From Clostridia bacterium (GTDB lineage: Bacteria; Bacillota; Clostridia; JAAYHZ01), in contig JBMNIH010000002.1 in the NCBI GenBank assembly GCA_050950825.1, forward strand, positions 352,001-416,000: 64,000 nucleotides of DNA, read 5' to 3'. The notes under the pieces were generated by a model. That model was not told the DNA's origin. It did not search any database and saw nothing but the letters and a program-made list of their open reading frames with translations. A program made the position numbers and the translations under genes. The stretch's first letter is position 1. Each line of letters starts with the position of its first letter. Shown here in pieces: positions 31,186-42,140 of the stretch.

Positions 31186-31214
31186 ATTATAGTATCCTGC
31201 ATACACGTTGTCAA
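31186..31214 (-). promoter_or_regulatory. Sigma-A promoter of riboswitch-ribU
   Basis: TTGACA-17-TATAAT. Confidence 0.85.
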
Positions 31215-31256
31215 GGATTTTGCCTCGGAAAATTTTTCCGCTTTTTATGGAAAAAC

Positions 31257-32345
31257 TTATTTTTCCCCGTAAATCCACGGATTCTGTCTGTGGCATTCCT
31301 CGATTACGGCAATTTGTCTTCTTACTTGTTCCGGCGTAACTTCCAAGGGAGCGCCTTCCGTCAAAGCTTTATACAGATTGTCGTAGAAAGCTCCGGTCAT
31401 ATTCCCGAATGTGCCGTATACTTCTCCTGCATCTTCCCATTCTTCTTCGTAGATCTTGATGTCTTCCGTGCAATAATGGGGCATTAAACCGGGCCGGTAA
31501 TGCAGCGATTCTTTTTGGAGAACCAAAGGTTTGTTTTCTTCGGGCTTAATGTATTTCCACTGAACCTTCTTTTGGGAAGCCAGTATACCGCCGAATTCCG
31601 CATCCACTTTGTAGGTGTAAGGTGCATAAGCATAAGCATATCCGCCTTGTACATCTACCACCGGGTGATCGGCGTCTTTGTAAAGAACCACTTTTACAAA
31701 GTTTTCGGCATCTCCTGCCGCCAAAGAGGTGTTTTGCAGCATGCTTACCACGTTCGGATAATCGTTTGCGTCTTTGGAGAACAGCATTAACGCTTGGTCC
31801 ATCGGGTGCGGACAGGTATTCATCAATTCACCGCCGTCAAATTCCGTCAATGTCTGCCAGTCCCATCTTCTTCGGAAGCCGCCGAAAAGAACACTGACTT
31901 GAAGAATTCTGCCTAAGATTCCGGAATCGATAATTTCACGGACCTTTTGGTAATACGCTGCGAATCGGGATTGTTGGAAAATGGCGAACAAAACGTTGTT
32001 CTTCTTGGCCGTTGCAATCAAATCGTCAACGTCGGACACTTTCTTTGCCAAAGGCTTTTCACACAATACGTTAAAGCCTCTTTCCAGAAACGCCTTCGTA
32101 TAGGGAACATGCAAATAGGAAGGAGTTGCATTGACAACCAAGTCGATATCCTTTTTGTCGAAAAGAGCCGTGTGTTCGGCAAAGGTTTCGCAGCCGAACT
32201 TTTCTTCCGCATTTTTACGCATATGCTCTAAAGGATCCACCACATACTTGATCTTGAAACGTTCGGTATCCTTCGACAAATGAGCGCAGTGAATGCTTAA
32301 ACCGCTTCTTCCTTGCCCAATAACTGCAACATTTAACTGTTTCAT
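31257..32345 (-). CDS. Gfo/Idh/MocA family oxidoreductase
   Basis: IGQGRSG, CEKP, GGELMNTCPHPMD. Confidence 0.9.
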   Translation of the reverse strand: MKQLNVAVIGQGRSGLSIHCAHLSKDTERFKIKYVVDPLEHMRKNAEEKFGCETFAEHTALFDKKDIDLVVNATPSYLHVPYTKAFLERGFNVLCEKPLAKKVSDVDDLIATAKKNNVLFAIFQQSRFAAYYQKVREIIDSGILGRILQVSVLFGGFRRRWDWQTLTEFDGGELMNTCPHPMDQALMLFSKDANDYPNVVSMLQNTSLAAGDAENFVKVVLYKDADHPVVDVQGGYAYAYAPYTYKVDAEFGGILASQKKVQWKYIKPEENKPLVLQKESLHYRPGLMPHYCTEDIKIYEEEWEDAGEVYGTFGNMTGAFYDNLYKALTEGAPLEVTPEQVRRQIAVIEECHRQNPWIYGEK

Positions 32346-32467
32346 AAATATACCTCCAAACTTAAGGCACATATAAGTACTTGCTAAACCCGATTATAGC
32401 ATACAAGCCGTCCTGTAGATTAGACGATTGTATAAATTTATTGGAATATTGTTCAATTTATAAGGCG

Positions 32468-33658
32468 TTAGCCCATCCTCGAATTCACCGGGAGCAATTG
32501 ATCCTTCGCAACCTTCGGGTCGGTACAAGCATGATCGTTTCTGTACTTTTCTCTCAATGCCGCGCTTTTTTCTTTGTCACGAAAATCCGGTATTTCATAG
32601 GGAATATTTCCGTTTAAAATGGAACGGTATCCCAAAAGACCGGGAAGGAACATGTCCAAAGCCGTATAGACGTCGATCATTTCTTTGCCGTCTTCCGTTC
32701 CTAAAATTCTTTGCAGGAAATAGTGAACGGCATAGTAATCCGCTCCGCCGTGTCCGGTTTCGTTTTGGATGGTTTGCTCGGGAATGTAGGTTTTGATTTC
32801 CTTGGTGGATTCGTCGTCGTCAAATTGGATGTAAATGCGGTTTTCGTCGCCGATCCTTGCATTTTCCATAAAGCCCTTCGTACCGTATAGGGTATACCAA
32901 TGTATGGCCGGTTCCCGTTTTAAAAATCCGTTGAGATTTTTTACGGTGGCTCCGTTGTCCATCTGAATGGCCAGCATGCCGGAAACCGCCATCATACAAT
33001 TGCCTTCTTTTAAATATCCCGGATTGAAATTTTCAAAGCCCACCACTCTTACAGGCCGGGTTCCGGTAATGGTCAATATGGGACCCAAGCTGTGGGTGCA
33101 ATAGAAGGTAGAGTACATGCGATTCCGCCAGTGATTCGGATCGTTTCGGGTCAATCTTTCCCAAATGGGCATGCAATTGTGAACATATTCTCCTTCCCCG
33201 TGCAAAAACTCACCTAACATACCCTGTCTGTAATATTTTTTCATTTCCATGGCATGTCTCATGTAACAACAGTTTTCGGCAAAGCCGTAAACCTTGCCGC
33301 TTTTTTCAACCGCTTCCACCAACGCCACCGCTTCGGCCATGGTTTGGACCGGCAGCAATTCGCTTAATACATGACGGCCGGAATTTAAACAGCGTATGGC
33401 ATAGGGAGCATGTTCGTTTGCGTAATTGGCCAGAATCACGGCATCCATGTCCTCTTGGAAAAAAGACTCGAAATCTTTATGCAAGCTGATTTTCATGTTT
33501 TTGGCTTCCGCAAACTTTCTGCAGTCTTCCAAAAAAGGCTCCCACATATCGCATACAGCGGTCACAACACATTCCGGATGGGCTTGAGCGGCCGCTAACA
33601 AGGAAAGTCCTCTGCGCCCTCCGAATACACCGATTTTTATTTTTTCACTCATATTCAT
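32468..33658 (-). CDS. Gfo/Idh/MocA family oxidoreductase
   Basis: IGVFGGRRG, HVLSE, EGEYVH, YCTHSLGP, GHGGAD. Confidence 0.85.
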   Translation of the reverse strand: MNMSEKIKIGVFGGRRGLSLLAAAQAHPECVVTAVCDMWEPFLEDCRKFAEAKNMKISLHKDFESFFQEDMDAVILANYANEHAPYAIRCLNSGRHVLSELLPVQTMAEAVALVEAVEKSGKVYGFAENCCYMRHAMEMKKYYRQGMLGEFLHGEGEYVHNCMPIWERLTRNDPNHWRNRMYSTFYCTHSLGPILTITGTRPVRVVGFENFNPGYLKEGNCMMAVSGMLAIQMDNGATVKNLNGFLKREPAIHWYTLYGTKGFMENARIGDENRIYIQFDDDESTKEIKTYIPEQTIQNETGHGGADYYAVHYFLQRILGTEDGKEMIDVYTALDMFLPGLLGYRSILNGNIPYEIPDFRDKEKSAALREKYRNDHACTDPKVAKDQLLPVNSRMG

Positions 33659-33678
33659 ACCTCACTTACATAATCGTA

Positions 33679-34338
33679 CTAAAATTCAATCAATTCGTAA
33701 TTCAAGGCTTTGATTATTTCCACCAGCCGGTGAACGTCTTCACAAGGTGTTTTCGTAACAATCCCGCCTCTTGCCAAATCCATAATCTGATGAAAATCCG
33801 ATCCGGATAGCTGCAAAAGCCGGTTATCTATGGCATACTTTTTAGCCTGCTCGTTGGAGGAATTATGGCGGGCATTCCCGTTGAAAACCTCGATCCCGTG
33901 TAAAAGCTCTTTCGGCCGTACTTCGCAGTTTTTTCTATAAGGGTGAGCTTGAAAAATCAATATGCTTTTATCCTGTACGGATTCATTGTATTTCTCCAGG
34001 GTCATTCCCATTAAGTTTTCCGTTTCGTATAAATAATCCTCGTCAAAGCCGAAAGCTACATAATCGTTTGGATCCTCGTCAAAACGAATTTCCGCTCCTA
34101 AAAATACCCTTATGCCGTATTTTTCTCCCGCTTCTTTCGCCGCTCGATACCCTTGAAGAAAAAAATCAATGTAGTCTTTCCACCGAGGATAGACGTCTTT
34201 TTTCCAATTGTAGAAATGGTCCGTTACAATAACACCGTCGTATCCGTATTCGGCATACAGCCTTATACCTTCTTCCGCCTTGACCTTTCCGCAGGGGCTG
34301 ACTTCTTCGGTGTGAAAGTGGGTCTCGTATCTATACAT
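33679..34338 (-). CDS. PHP-domain phosphoesterase
   Basis: ETHFHT, VTDH, AHP, SGSDFH. Confidence 0.85.
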   Translation of the reverse strand: MYRYETHFHTEEVSPCGKVKAEEGIRLYAEYGYDGVIVTDHFYNWKKDVYPRWKDYIDFFLQGYRAAKEAGEKYGIRVFLGAEIRFDEDPNDYVAFGFDEDYLYETENLMGMTLEKYNESVQDKSILIFQAHPYRKNCEVRPKELLHGIEVFNGNARHNSSNEQAKKYAIDNRLLQLSGSDFHQIMDLARGGIVTKTPCEDVHRLVEIIKALNYELIEF

Positions 34339-34443
34339 CTTCTATACTCTCCAAATAAAGAAACGTCGGGGCATTGCGCCCCGCTTTATTTTTACGTTTA
34401 TATAATTTCACAAAGTATTTATATTGCGGATAAATACTTGTTC

Positions 34444-35001
34444 TTAGACTTCCATAATTTCGTTTTCTTTTTGCTTGAGAATGTCTTCAATTTTGGATAT
34501 GAATTTATCCGTAAGCTCTTGAATGTCTTTTTCCGTAACCTTCAAATCGTCTTCCGTGATTTCGCTGTTCTTCTGCATGGCTCTGTATTCGTCCATGGCT
34601 TCACGACGAACGTTTCTTATGGCTATTTTCGCTTCTTCGCCGTACTTTTTAACAACCTTCACAAGCTCCCGTCTTCTTTCTTCGGTCAATACGGGGAAAA
34701 CCAACCGAATTACTTTTCCGTCATTGTTTGGATTAATACCGATATCGGAGGTTTGGATGGCTTTTTCAATATCTTTTAACAAGGATGAATCCCACGGTTG
34801 GATGACAATCAGTCTCGCCTCGGGAACGGTTACGTTAGCCACCTGGTTAACGGGTGTCGGAACACCGTAGTAGTTGACCTTCACCTTTTCCAGCACGGCG
34901 GGATTGGCTCTTCCCGCTCTTAAGGTCGCAAGCTCGGAAGTCAATACCTCTACGGCTTTTTGCATTTTCGCTTCAATAGGCTTATATTCGCTTTTCGACA
35001 T
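34444..35001 (-). CDS. frr: Ribosome recycling factor
   Basis: [21 protein letters not shown]. Confidence 0.98.
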   Translation of the reverse strand: MSKSEYKPIEAKMQKAVEVLTSELATLRAGRANPAVLEKVKVNYYGVPTPVNQVANVTVPEARLIVIQPWDSSLLKDIEKAIQTSDIGINPNNDGKVIRLVFPVLTEERRRELVKVVKKYGEEAKIAIRNVRREAMDEYRAMQKNSEITEDDLKVTEKDIQELTDKFISKIEDILKQKENEIMEV

Positions 35002-35022
35002 GCTTATCACACTCCTGTAAGT

Positions 35023-35733
35023 CTATTTTGTTATTATGGTACCAATATGTTCTCCTTTGACAATGCGAATGATATTTTCGGGGGGATTAATACCGAAGAC
35101 CGCAACCGGTATGTTGTTTTCCATGCACAGCGATGTAGCGGACAAATCCAAAGCGGTCAGCTGATCCTTTAATACGTCCCCGTAAGGTATCTTGTCGTAT
35201 TTAACGGCATCGGGGTACTTGCCCGGATCCTTATCGTATACGCCGTCTACGTTTTTGGCACATAGCAGGATTTCCGCTTCGATTTCCGCCGCACGGAGGG
35301 CTGCCGCCGTGTCGGTGGAAAAGTACGGATTTCCGGTACCGCAAGCAAAGATCACAATCCGTCCTTTTTCCAAGTGCCGGATAGCTCTACGGCGAATATA
35401 GGGTTCGGCGATTTGCCGCATTTCTATAGCCGTTTGGACTCGTACGGGAATTCCTCGCGATTCCAATGCATCCTGCATAGCCAAGGAATTTAAGACGGTA
35501 GCCAGCATTCCCATATGATCGGCGGTCGTGCGATCCATGCCCTTGCTGCTTCTGCCTCTCCAAAAGTTTCCTCCGCCTACTACGATACCGATTTCTACGC
35601 CCATTTCATAGACTTCTTTCAATCGGTCCGAAATTTCTCCCAATATCACGGGGTCGATACCCATTCCGTTTTTGCCGGCCAACGCCTCCCCGCTGATTTT
35701 GAACATTACTCTTTTATACTTGCATTTGCTCAC
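35023..35733 (-). CDS. pyrH: UMP kinase
   Basis: [25 protein letters not shown]. Confidence 0.98.
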   Translation of the reverse strand: MSKCKYKRVMFKISGEALAGKNGMGIDPVILGEISDRLKEVYEMGVEIGIVVGGGNFWRGRSSKGMDRTTADHMGMLATVLNSLAMQDALESRGIPVRVQTAIEMRQIAEPYIRRRAIRHLEKGRIVIFACGTGNPYFSTDTAAALRAAEIEAEILLCAKNVDGVYDKDPGKYPDAVKYDKIPYGDVLKDQLTALDLSATSLCMENNIPVAVFGINPPENIIRIVKGEHIGTIITK

Positions 35734-35842
35734 TTCGTACCACCTATCTAAATCTTACAATATCCCTTTCTGATTTTCAATAACGAAAAAAATTATATTT
35801 GCAAAAAAAGGGACATTTGCATGTCCCGGTTTTTTATGAATT

Positions 35843-36496
35843 TTATTCTTTGTTGATTTGTTTTTGTACTTCTTCTGCGAAGTTTTCTTCTTTCTTTTGA
35901 AGCCCTTCTCCTCTTTCGAAGCACGCAAACCTTCTGATTTGAATGTTTTCGCCGATGCTAGCGACCTTTTCCGTTAAAATATCTTTTACGGCTTTTTCAG
36001 GATCCTTAATAAAGGGTTGTTCCAGCAAGCAGAAGTCTTTGTAGAATTTGCTGATTCTGCCTTCAACGATTTTGTCAACCACTTTTTCAGGTTTTCCTTC
36101 CTTTAACGCTTGAACGCGTAAAATGGCTTTTTCTTGTTCAATTACGGATTCGGGAACATCTTCCATACGGACGTATTGCGGTCTGCTTGCGGCAATCTGC
36201 ATAGCGATGTCTTTAGCAAAAGCACGAAATTCTTCGTTTTTCGCAGCAAAGTCCGTTTCCGTGTTGATTTCCACAAGAACACCGATTCTTCCGTCGCCGT
36301 GAATATAGGCTTCAACCACACCTTCCGAAGCAATTCTTCCGGCCTTCTTTGCGGCAGCCGCCAAGCCCTTTTCACGTAAAATCTTCTTTGCTTTTTCCAT
36401 GTCGCCGTTGGATTCTACCAAAGCTTTTTTGCAGTCCATCATTCCGGCGCCCGTGATTTCTCTTAATTCTTTAACCAATCCTGCACTTATTGTCAT
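35843..36496 (-). CDS. tsf: Elongation factor Ts (short form)
   Basis: [23 protein letters not shown]; 217 aa. Confidence 0.97.
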   Translation of the reverse strand: MTISAGLVKELREITGAGMMDCKKALVESNGDMEKAKKILREKGLAAAAKKAGRIASEGVVEAYIHGDGRIGVLVEINTETDFAAKNEEFRAFAKDIAMQIAASRPQYVRMEDVPESVIEQEKAILRVQALKEGKPEKVVDKIVEGRISKFYKDFCLLEQPFIKDPEKAVKDILTEKVASIGENIQIRRFACFERGEGLQKKEENFAEEVQKQINKE

Positions 36497-36532
36497 GCCA
36501 ACTTCCCTCCTTTATGTTCTCTGCTTTCTTTA

Positions 36533-37393
36533 TTATTCAACTTCATCGGCAACTTCGTCCATAACGTCTTCGGCCATATCTTCAAAAGCCTCTTCCACAT
36601 CGTCCGCTTTGTCGCGGCCTTCGAGGTCTTGCATAGCCAAATCGTCAATGACGATCTTATCATCGGCATCCCCTTCGTTCGATTCGCTGCGGCTTACATC
36701 CGTCAGCTGTTCGCCTTGCTTCGCTTCCAAAACGGCATCGGCAATAACACCGGCTAAAAGCTTAATGGCGCGAATCGCGTCGTCGTTACCGGGTATGGGA
36801 TAATCCACTTCGTCCGGGTCGCAGTTGGTGTCAACAATCGCTATGATGGGGATATTCAGTTTACGAGCTTCCAACAAAGCATTGCGTTCTTTCTTCGGAT
36901 CTACGATGAATACGGCTTGGGGTATATCGTTCATATTCACGATACCGCCTAAGTTTTTCTCTAACTTTTCTTTTTCCAATCTCAAGCGGATAACTTCCTT
37001 CTTCGGAAGCAAATCGAATATACCTTCCGTTTCCATCTCTTCCAATTCGTTTAAGCGTTCGATTCTCTTCTTGATGGTTTTGAAGTTGGTCAGCATTCCG
37101 CCTAACCATCTGTTGTTCACATAGAACTCGCCGCAGCGTTCGGCTTCTTCTTTAATGGAATCCTGCGCTTGCTTCTTTGTACCGACAAAGAGCACCGTTC
37201 CACCGTTGGCAACGATTTCTCTTACGAACATGTAAGCTTCTTCGATTTTCTTTACGGTTTTTTGCAAATCGATGATGTAGATTCCGTTACGTTCGGTAAA
37301 AATGAACTCCGACATTTTCGGGTTCCATCTTCTGGTTTGATGGCCAAAGTGGACGCCCGCTTCCAATAACTGTTTCATTGAAATAACTGACAT
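36533..37393 (-). CDS. rpsB: 30S ribosomal protein S2
   Basis: [30 protein letters not shown]. Confidence 0.98.
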   Translation of the reverse strand: MSVISMKQLLEAGVHFGHQTRRWNPKMSEFIFTERNGIYIIDLQKTVKKIEEAYMFVREIVANGGTVLFVGTKKQAQDSIKEEAERCGEFYVNNRWLGGMLTNFKTIKKRIERLNELEEMETEGIFDLLPKKEVIRLRLEKEKLEKNLGGIVNMNDIPQAVFIVDPKKERNALLEARKLNIPIIAIVDTNCDPDEVDYPIPGNDDAIRAIKLLAGVIADAVLEAKQGEQLTDVSRSESNEGDADDKIVIDDLAMQDLEGRDKADDVEEAFEDMAEDVMDEVADEVE

Positions 37394-37399
37394 AAAAAA

Positions 37400-37500
37400 T
37401 CCTCCGTGTTTTAGTCTTTCACGATACTCAACTTCGCAACCGACCGAATCCTTAAGATTCGGAACACGTCTTGCGAATCCTACCGTGTGTTTTTAACCCG
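37400..37500 (-). promoter_or_regulatory. Structured rpsB-tsf leader (putative S2 autoregulation)
   Basis: About 100-nt 5'UTR after TATAAT with acacacg motif and ccgaatc-ttaag-gattcgg hairpin. Confidence 0.5.
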
Positions 37501-37576
37501 AGCAATTATAGCATACTCCTACTGTTTATGCAAACAATTTTTTCAAATTATTAAATGTTCCTTACACATCAAAATT

Positions 37577-38821
37577 TCAAAAATTTCGAATCAAATCCTC
37601 CAACGTATCGCGTCTACGAATCAACTGCACCGATCCGTCCGATCGGATCAGTACTTCCGCAGGACGCAGGCGGTTGTTATAATTCGAGGACATGGAATAC
37701 CCGTAGGCACCGGCATCCATTACCCCGATAATGTCCTTTTCTTGAGGCATGAATATCGTCCGTTCCTTCGCCAAGATATCTCCGGATTCGCATATATTGC
37801 CTACCACGTCCGCCGTAATCGTTTCTCCTTCGGTTACAAGCTTTCCGTTCCGATACAGCTCCAATTCGTGGTGTGCGTCGTACATGATGGGACGCGCCAG
37901 TACGTTAAATCCGATGTCCGTTCCTACATAAAAGGTTTCTCCGTTTTCCTTAATGGCATGTACGGTTCCTAAAAGCACGCTGCTTTCGGCAACAATATAG
38001 CGGCCGGGCTCGCTTCGGAACAGGATTTCTCTTCCATACTCCTTCACCCATTCCTTCAGCACATCGCCGAGCCTTTGACCGAATTCCTTCAGTTCCAAGG
38101 GAGCTTGTCCTTCTTGTTTTCGATAGGGTATACCGAATCCGCCTCCGAAATCCACAAATTCGATGGTATCGAATTGCTTTGCGATTTCCAAGGTGTTTTT
38201 CACGCTTTCCAAGTACTTGGATCCGTCCATAAACAAGGATCCGATATGTTGGTTGATGCCTTTTAAAGTCAAATTGTATTTTTTCAATATGGCTTTTACT
38301 TGGTCCAAATATTCCGTGTTGATACCGAACTTTGTCTTTTTACCGCCGGTGATCACTTTGGCATGATGTCCCGCTCCGATGCCGGGATTGATGCGGATGG
38401 CTACTTTTCCGCCGGGATTCAAACGCCCGAACATTTCTAGCTGAGACAAAGAATCCACGCTGGTATCAATGCCTCTATCAATAGCGAATTTCATTTCTTC
38501 TTCCGACACGTTATTGCTGATGTAGAAAATCTCGCAAGGCTTAAATCCGGCCTTTTCCAACACGTAAATTTCTCCCGGGGACATGGCGTCGGCATGCATG
38601 CCCTCTTCACGAGCAATTTTTAATAAAGTGAGATTCGAATTCGCTTTGATGGAATATGTAACCTTGTAGTGAGGGTAATCTACAAGCCCCACCATCTGTC
38701 TGCATCGCTCTCTAAAAATATCCTCGTTGTACACGTACAACGGGCTGCCGAAGTTTTTTAACAATTGCTCCGGCGAATTCCCTTTGTAAAAATTCGTTCT
38801 CTGTGTATAATAGATTGTCAT
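37577..38821 (-). CDS. lysA: Diaminopimelate decarboxylase
   Basis: YSIKAN, KTKFG, HIGS, DFGGG, EPGRY, GNICESGD, AGAYG. Confidence 0.95.
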   Translation of the reverse strand: MTIYYTQRTNFYKGNSPEQLLKNFGSPLYVYNEDIFRERCRQMVGLVDYPHYKVTYSIKANSNLTLLKIAREEGMHADAMSPGEIYVLEKAGFKPCEIFYISNNVSEEEMKFAIDRGIDTSVDSLSQLEMFGRLNPGGKVAIRINPGIGAGHHAKVITGGKKTKFGINTEYLDQVKAILKKYNLTLKGINQHIGSLFMDGSKYLESVKNTLEIAKQFDTIEFVDFGGGFGIPYRKQEGQAPLELKEFGQRLGDVLKEWVKEYGREILFRSEPGRYIVAESSVLLGTVHAIKENGETFYVGTDIGFNVLARPIMYDAHHELELYRNGKLVTEGETITADVVGNICESGDILAKERTIFMPQEKDIIGVMDAGAYGYSMSSNYNNRLRPAEVLIRSDGSVQLIRRRDTLEDLIRNF

Positions 38822-39024
38822 AAAAAAGCCCTCCCTTGTTCTCACTTTCTGAAACAATATATTATACCGCATCCCGGGCTGTCAAGAAAATGTTCAATAT
38901 TCATATTGTAGAATTATGAACGATTCTTTAAAAAAGATACCCGTTTTTTTCTTTTTTTCCGGTATAATAAAAAAGGAAGATTTTTTAATTTTCAGCGGAT
39001 AAGCGAACGGGAAGGAATTTTACA

Positions 39025-41076
39025 ATGAGGACGAAAAATTTTTACATATTTTGTCTCGTCGTTATGATTCTGCTGTCCACGACGTCTTGCAGTTCACAAA
39101 CGGTACCCGTTTTAAGGGTTGCCGAATTCAATATGCCGAAAACCCATTTCAGCGTTTTGGATTTGTACGATACGAAGGAATACCCGAAACCGAAAGAGAC
39201 CGAAATCGTTGAGGAAACGGAAGAAAAGGAAATAAAGCCAAGATACAGCCCGCCTGCCGGTGAAGTGATAATCACCTTCGAAGGATCCTTTACCGAAGAG
39301 TTTTCCAATTTTGAATTTAATATTATGCAAGGCGGCGCCTATATCGACATACGCGTCTCGGGAACGGAGTGGGCTCGCGACGTAGGAAGCGACCCCGAGC
39401 TTACCCAAATCCTCATCGATTCCATCGAAGGTCCTCAGCAATGGAGAAGGCTTATTGCAACTCGCTTAAACATAGACAACATTGACCGCCTTACCGGGAA
39501 TTTGCTGCGCATTCGTATACCGGTTCCGGATTACTTCAACATCACCTCTACCGAGCATTTATCCTTTAAATTTCCTTCGGTTCTTTTGCAAGGAGTCAAG
39601 CAAGACACCATTATTGTTCGAGAAAAACTGTATATTCGAAACGGCATGGGAACGGAAGAGGATCCCTTTACCCTTCTCGAGGCAAGGGATTTAAAAGCGT
39701 TGTCGGTTTATCCCGATATGGTCTTCCGTTTGGAAAAAGACTTCGATATGGAAGGATACGAATGGGAGCCCTTCGAATTCAGAGGAACCCTTTACGGCAA
39801 CGGCAAAACCATTAAAAATTTACATATTAAAAGCGACGGCTCGAACCCTTCGGGTCTGTTTTCGGTCCTTTCCGGTACGGTAACCGACTTGAGCTTGAGC
39901 GACGTAACGGTAGAAGGCGGCAACGAAACCGGAGCCATTGCCGGAATCAATAAAGGAGTTATCAAGGGCTGCTTCGTTACGGGAACCGTAAAGGGCAATA
40001 ACAACACCGGAGGCGTTGCAGGTATTAACGAAGGAACCGTAGAAAAAACCAACGTGATTTGTTCGGTAGCGGGACAAAACAACGTAGGAGGCATCGTGGG
40101 CTCGGTTCTTTCCGGTTTGGTTCAAGGATGCTGTTCCTTTTCATCCGTAACGGGAGTAAACTCCGTCGGCGGGATCGCGGGTAGAGCCGCATACCCCGGA
40201 AAGATTTCTTCCTGCCTGATTACGGGAGGATTCATAAATTACACAGGATCCTTATCCGCCGTAGGACGGATCTGCGGGACTCCCGATAATAATACCTTGT
40301 TCAACAATGCCGGAACTCCGGAATTCGAGATTATGCCTTTAGGAAGCGTACAAAGGACGGTTGTATTCGGAGCCTCCTACGACAACAATTCCCTTTCTCA
40401 CCGCCACGGTGAAAATCTTCAATGTATTACGGAACCTACCCTTTCCATGGAAGCCGTTTGCGATACCGGAAGAAAGACGTATCCCGATACCAACGAGCTG
40501 TTCCACTACGATTTGACTTATTACGGACTGAATTTGTTGGTCAAGCTGAACAACGGCATTTGGCTGGAGGAAGAAATCAAAACTCCGGAAGGCATTAAAA
40601 TGGTAACGGATACATTGAAACAATCTTTTCGAAACGTTAAGGCCAACGCCGCCGATTTATCCATAAAACCGGAAAATATCCAAGTTCATAAAAACGTTTT
40701 GATCATACAATCGGATCCCATCAAGCAATTCCGAACCGAGGGAGATTTTTCTTTAAAAATTCAATTACCTCTGTCGGTTATCGCCACTTGGTCGAAAGAA
40801 TCCCATGTGGAAACAATCGAAGGAATCCCCTATTTAAACGTTATGGGAACGAAGGAATCTCCTTATCCCATACGAACGGAAAGAGAATTGTGGCATTTCA
40901 ACGAGGATCCCTATTCCCACTACAAACTCATGAACGACATCGTGCTGTTTGAATCGGAAACGTGGTACTGGCCTGAAAAAGTCTTCGGTTCTTTGGACTT
41001 TAACGGCAAAAGAATCATCCGTGCGGAGGACATGTTCAAAAATCCCTACACGGATGAAATTACACCCATTCCGTAA
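39025..41076 (+). CDS. Lipoprotein with GLUG/beta-helix repeats
   Basis: Lipobox TTSC; GTEEDPF, TGAIAGIN/TGGVAGIN/VGGIVG repeats. Confidence 0.75.
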   Translation: MRTKNFYIFCLVVMILLSTTSCSSQTVPVLRVAEFNMPKTHFSVLDLYDTKEYPKPKETEIVEETEEKEIKPRYSPPAGEVIITFEGSFTEEFSNFEFNIMQGGAYIDIRVSGTEWARDVGSDPELTQILIDSIEGPQQWRRLIATRLNIDNIDRLTGNLLRIRIPVPDYFNITSTEHLSFKFPSVLLQGVKQDTIIVREKLYIRNGMGTEEDPFTLLEARDLKALSVYPDMVFRLEKDFDMEGYEWEPFEFRGTLYGNGKTIKNLHIKSDGSNPSGLFSVLSGTVTDLSLSDVTVEGGNETGAIAGINKGVIKGCFVTGTVKGNNNTGGVAGINEGTVEKTNVICSVAGQNNVGGIVGSVLSGLVQGCCSFSSVTGVNSVGGIAGRAAYPGKISSCLITGGFINYTGSLSAVGRICGTPDNNTLFNNAGTPEFEIMPLGSVQRTVVFGASYDNNSLSHRHGENLQCITEPTLSMEAVCDTGRKTYPDTNELFHYDLTYYGLNLLVKLNNGIWLEEEIKTPEGIKMVTDTLKQSFRNVKANAADLSIKPENIQVHKNVLIIQSDPIKQFRTEGDFSLKIQLPLSVIATWSKESHVETIEGIPYLNVMGTKESPYPIRTERELWHFNEDPYSHYKLMNDIVLFESETWYWPEKVFGSLDFNGKRIIRAEDMFKNPYTDEITPIP

Positions 41077-41080
41077 ACCG

Positions 41081-41425
41081 TTATTTCTTCAGCCATTCGT
41101 AGATGCCGGCGATAATTAAGAAAACGCCGAAAATTTTACGAAGGAGCCCTTCTTCCGTTACGGAAGCAAAATAGGCCCCGGCAAACGCGGCAGGCACGCC
41201 GGCAAGGACGGCAAAGCCCGTGATTTTGTAATCCACCATTTTGTTTTTAATATGGACAACCAAGGATGCCGCCGCAACCGGAAGAAAGAACAGCAAATTG
41301 ATTCCTTGCGCTTGGTGTTGAGAAAGTCCCGCAAACAACACCAGCCCCGGGATGAGAACCGTCCCTCCTCCGATGCCCATACCGCCTAAGATTCCGGATG
41401 CAAGGCCGATGAGAAATAAAGTCAT
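41081..41425 (-). CDS. TauE/SafE family half-size membrane protein
   Basis: GGMGIGGG..LIP, QHQAQG. Confidence 0.85.
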   Translation of the reverse strand: MTLFLIGLASGILGGMGIGGGTVLIPGLVLFAGLSQHQAQGINLLFFLPVAAASLVVHIKNKMVDYKITGFAVLAGVPAAFAGAYFASVTEEGLLRKIFGVFLIIAGIYEWLKK

Positions 41426-41793
41426 TTATGCGCAAACATTCGGTACCCCGCATACAAAAGCAGAGTACCGAATATCTTTCTTAGCCATTTCACGGGACAT
41501 TTTTTCAGCAAATAAGCACCGGTCAGTCCTCCGAGTATCCCGCCCGGAATGACTCTAAAGGCGGAAGGAAGGTCAATGTAATCCTTTTTGAAATACACGT
41601 ACAAGCCGGCTCCGCTTAAGCAAAAGATGATAGCCACCGTGGTTGCGTGAGCCTTCTTGTCTTCCGTATCCGTTAGTCCGGCGATGAGGGGAACCGCCAG
41701 GCTTCCTCCTCCCGAACCGAAGAAACCGTTTAATATGCCGGATAAAAGGCCGATCATGAAGGATTTTGTCTTTTTAAATTTTTCCTTGTTCAC
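41422..41793 (-). CDS. TauE/SafE family half-size membrane protein
   Basis: NGFFGSGGG..AVP, KAHAT; overlaps partner. Confidence 0.85.
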   Translation of the reverse strand: MNKEKFKKTKSFMIGLLSGILNGFFGSGGGSLAVPLIAGLTDTEDKKAHATTVAIIFCLSGAGLYVYFKKDYIDLPSAFRVIPGGILGGLTGAYLLKKCPVKWLRKIFGTLLLYAGYRMFAHK

Positions 41794-41896
41794 TTTTCCC
41801 TATCCTTTTTGATGATTTACCGGTATTAGGTTCTGTGAAAAGGACGGTTTTTATTCAAACGATCGGCATTTATCCTTGGAAATCCGTTTCTTCCGT

Positions 41897-42109
41897 TTAT
41901 CTTTGCTCGTCCGGATGGCGGGATCTATGAATCCTTTGGATTTCCTCTTCCAATTTCGCTTCTCTTATTCGTTTCTTGCGAACTTGGTAGGCAATCAAAC
42001 CGATAATACTTAATGCCCCCAACGTAATTCCCAGCCAAGGAATCTCTACCAATAAATAAATTTCGACCAAAGTAAATAATAATACATAGATACCGATTCT
42101 TTTATCCAT
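41897..42109 (-). CDS. Small membrane protein
   Basis: GAGGTG SD; two hydrophobic segments plus charged tail. Confidence 0.65.
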   Translation of the reverse strand: MDKRIGIYVLLFTLVEIYLLVEIPWLGITLGALSIIGLIAYQVRKKRIREAKLEEEIQRIHRSRHPDEQR

Positions 42110-42140
42110 TGTATCACCTCACCGGATCGTTCCTTATATT

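Noticed and set aside
38822-39024. Lysine riboswitch upstream of lysA
   Set aside because: Promoter-like elements lie only about 40-65 bp from the start, leaving no room, and no L-box motifs are present.
41081-41793. Frameshifted tauE pseudogene
   Set aside because: Each half is a complete half-size TauE unit with a 4-nt start/stop overlap, an arrangement I recognise from other clostridia.
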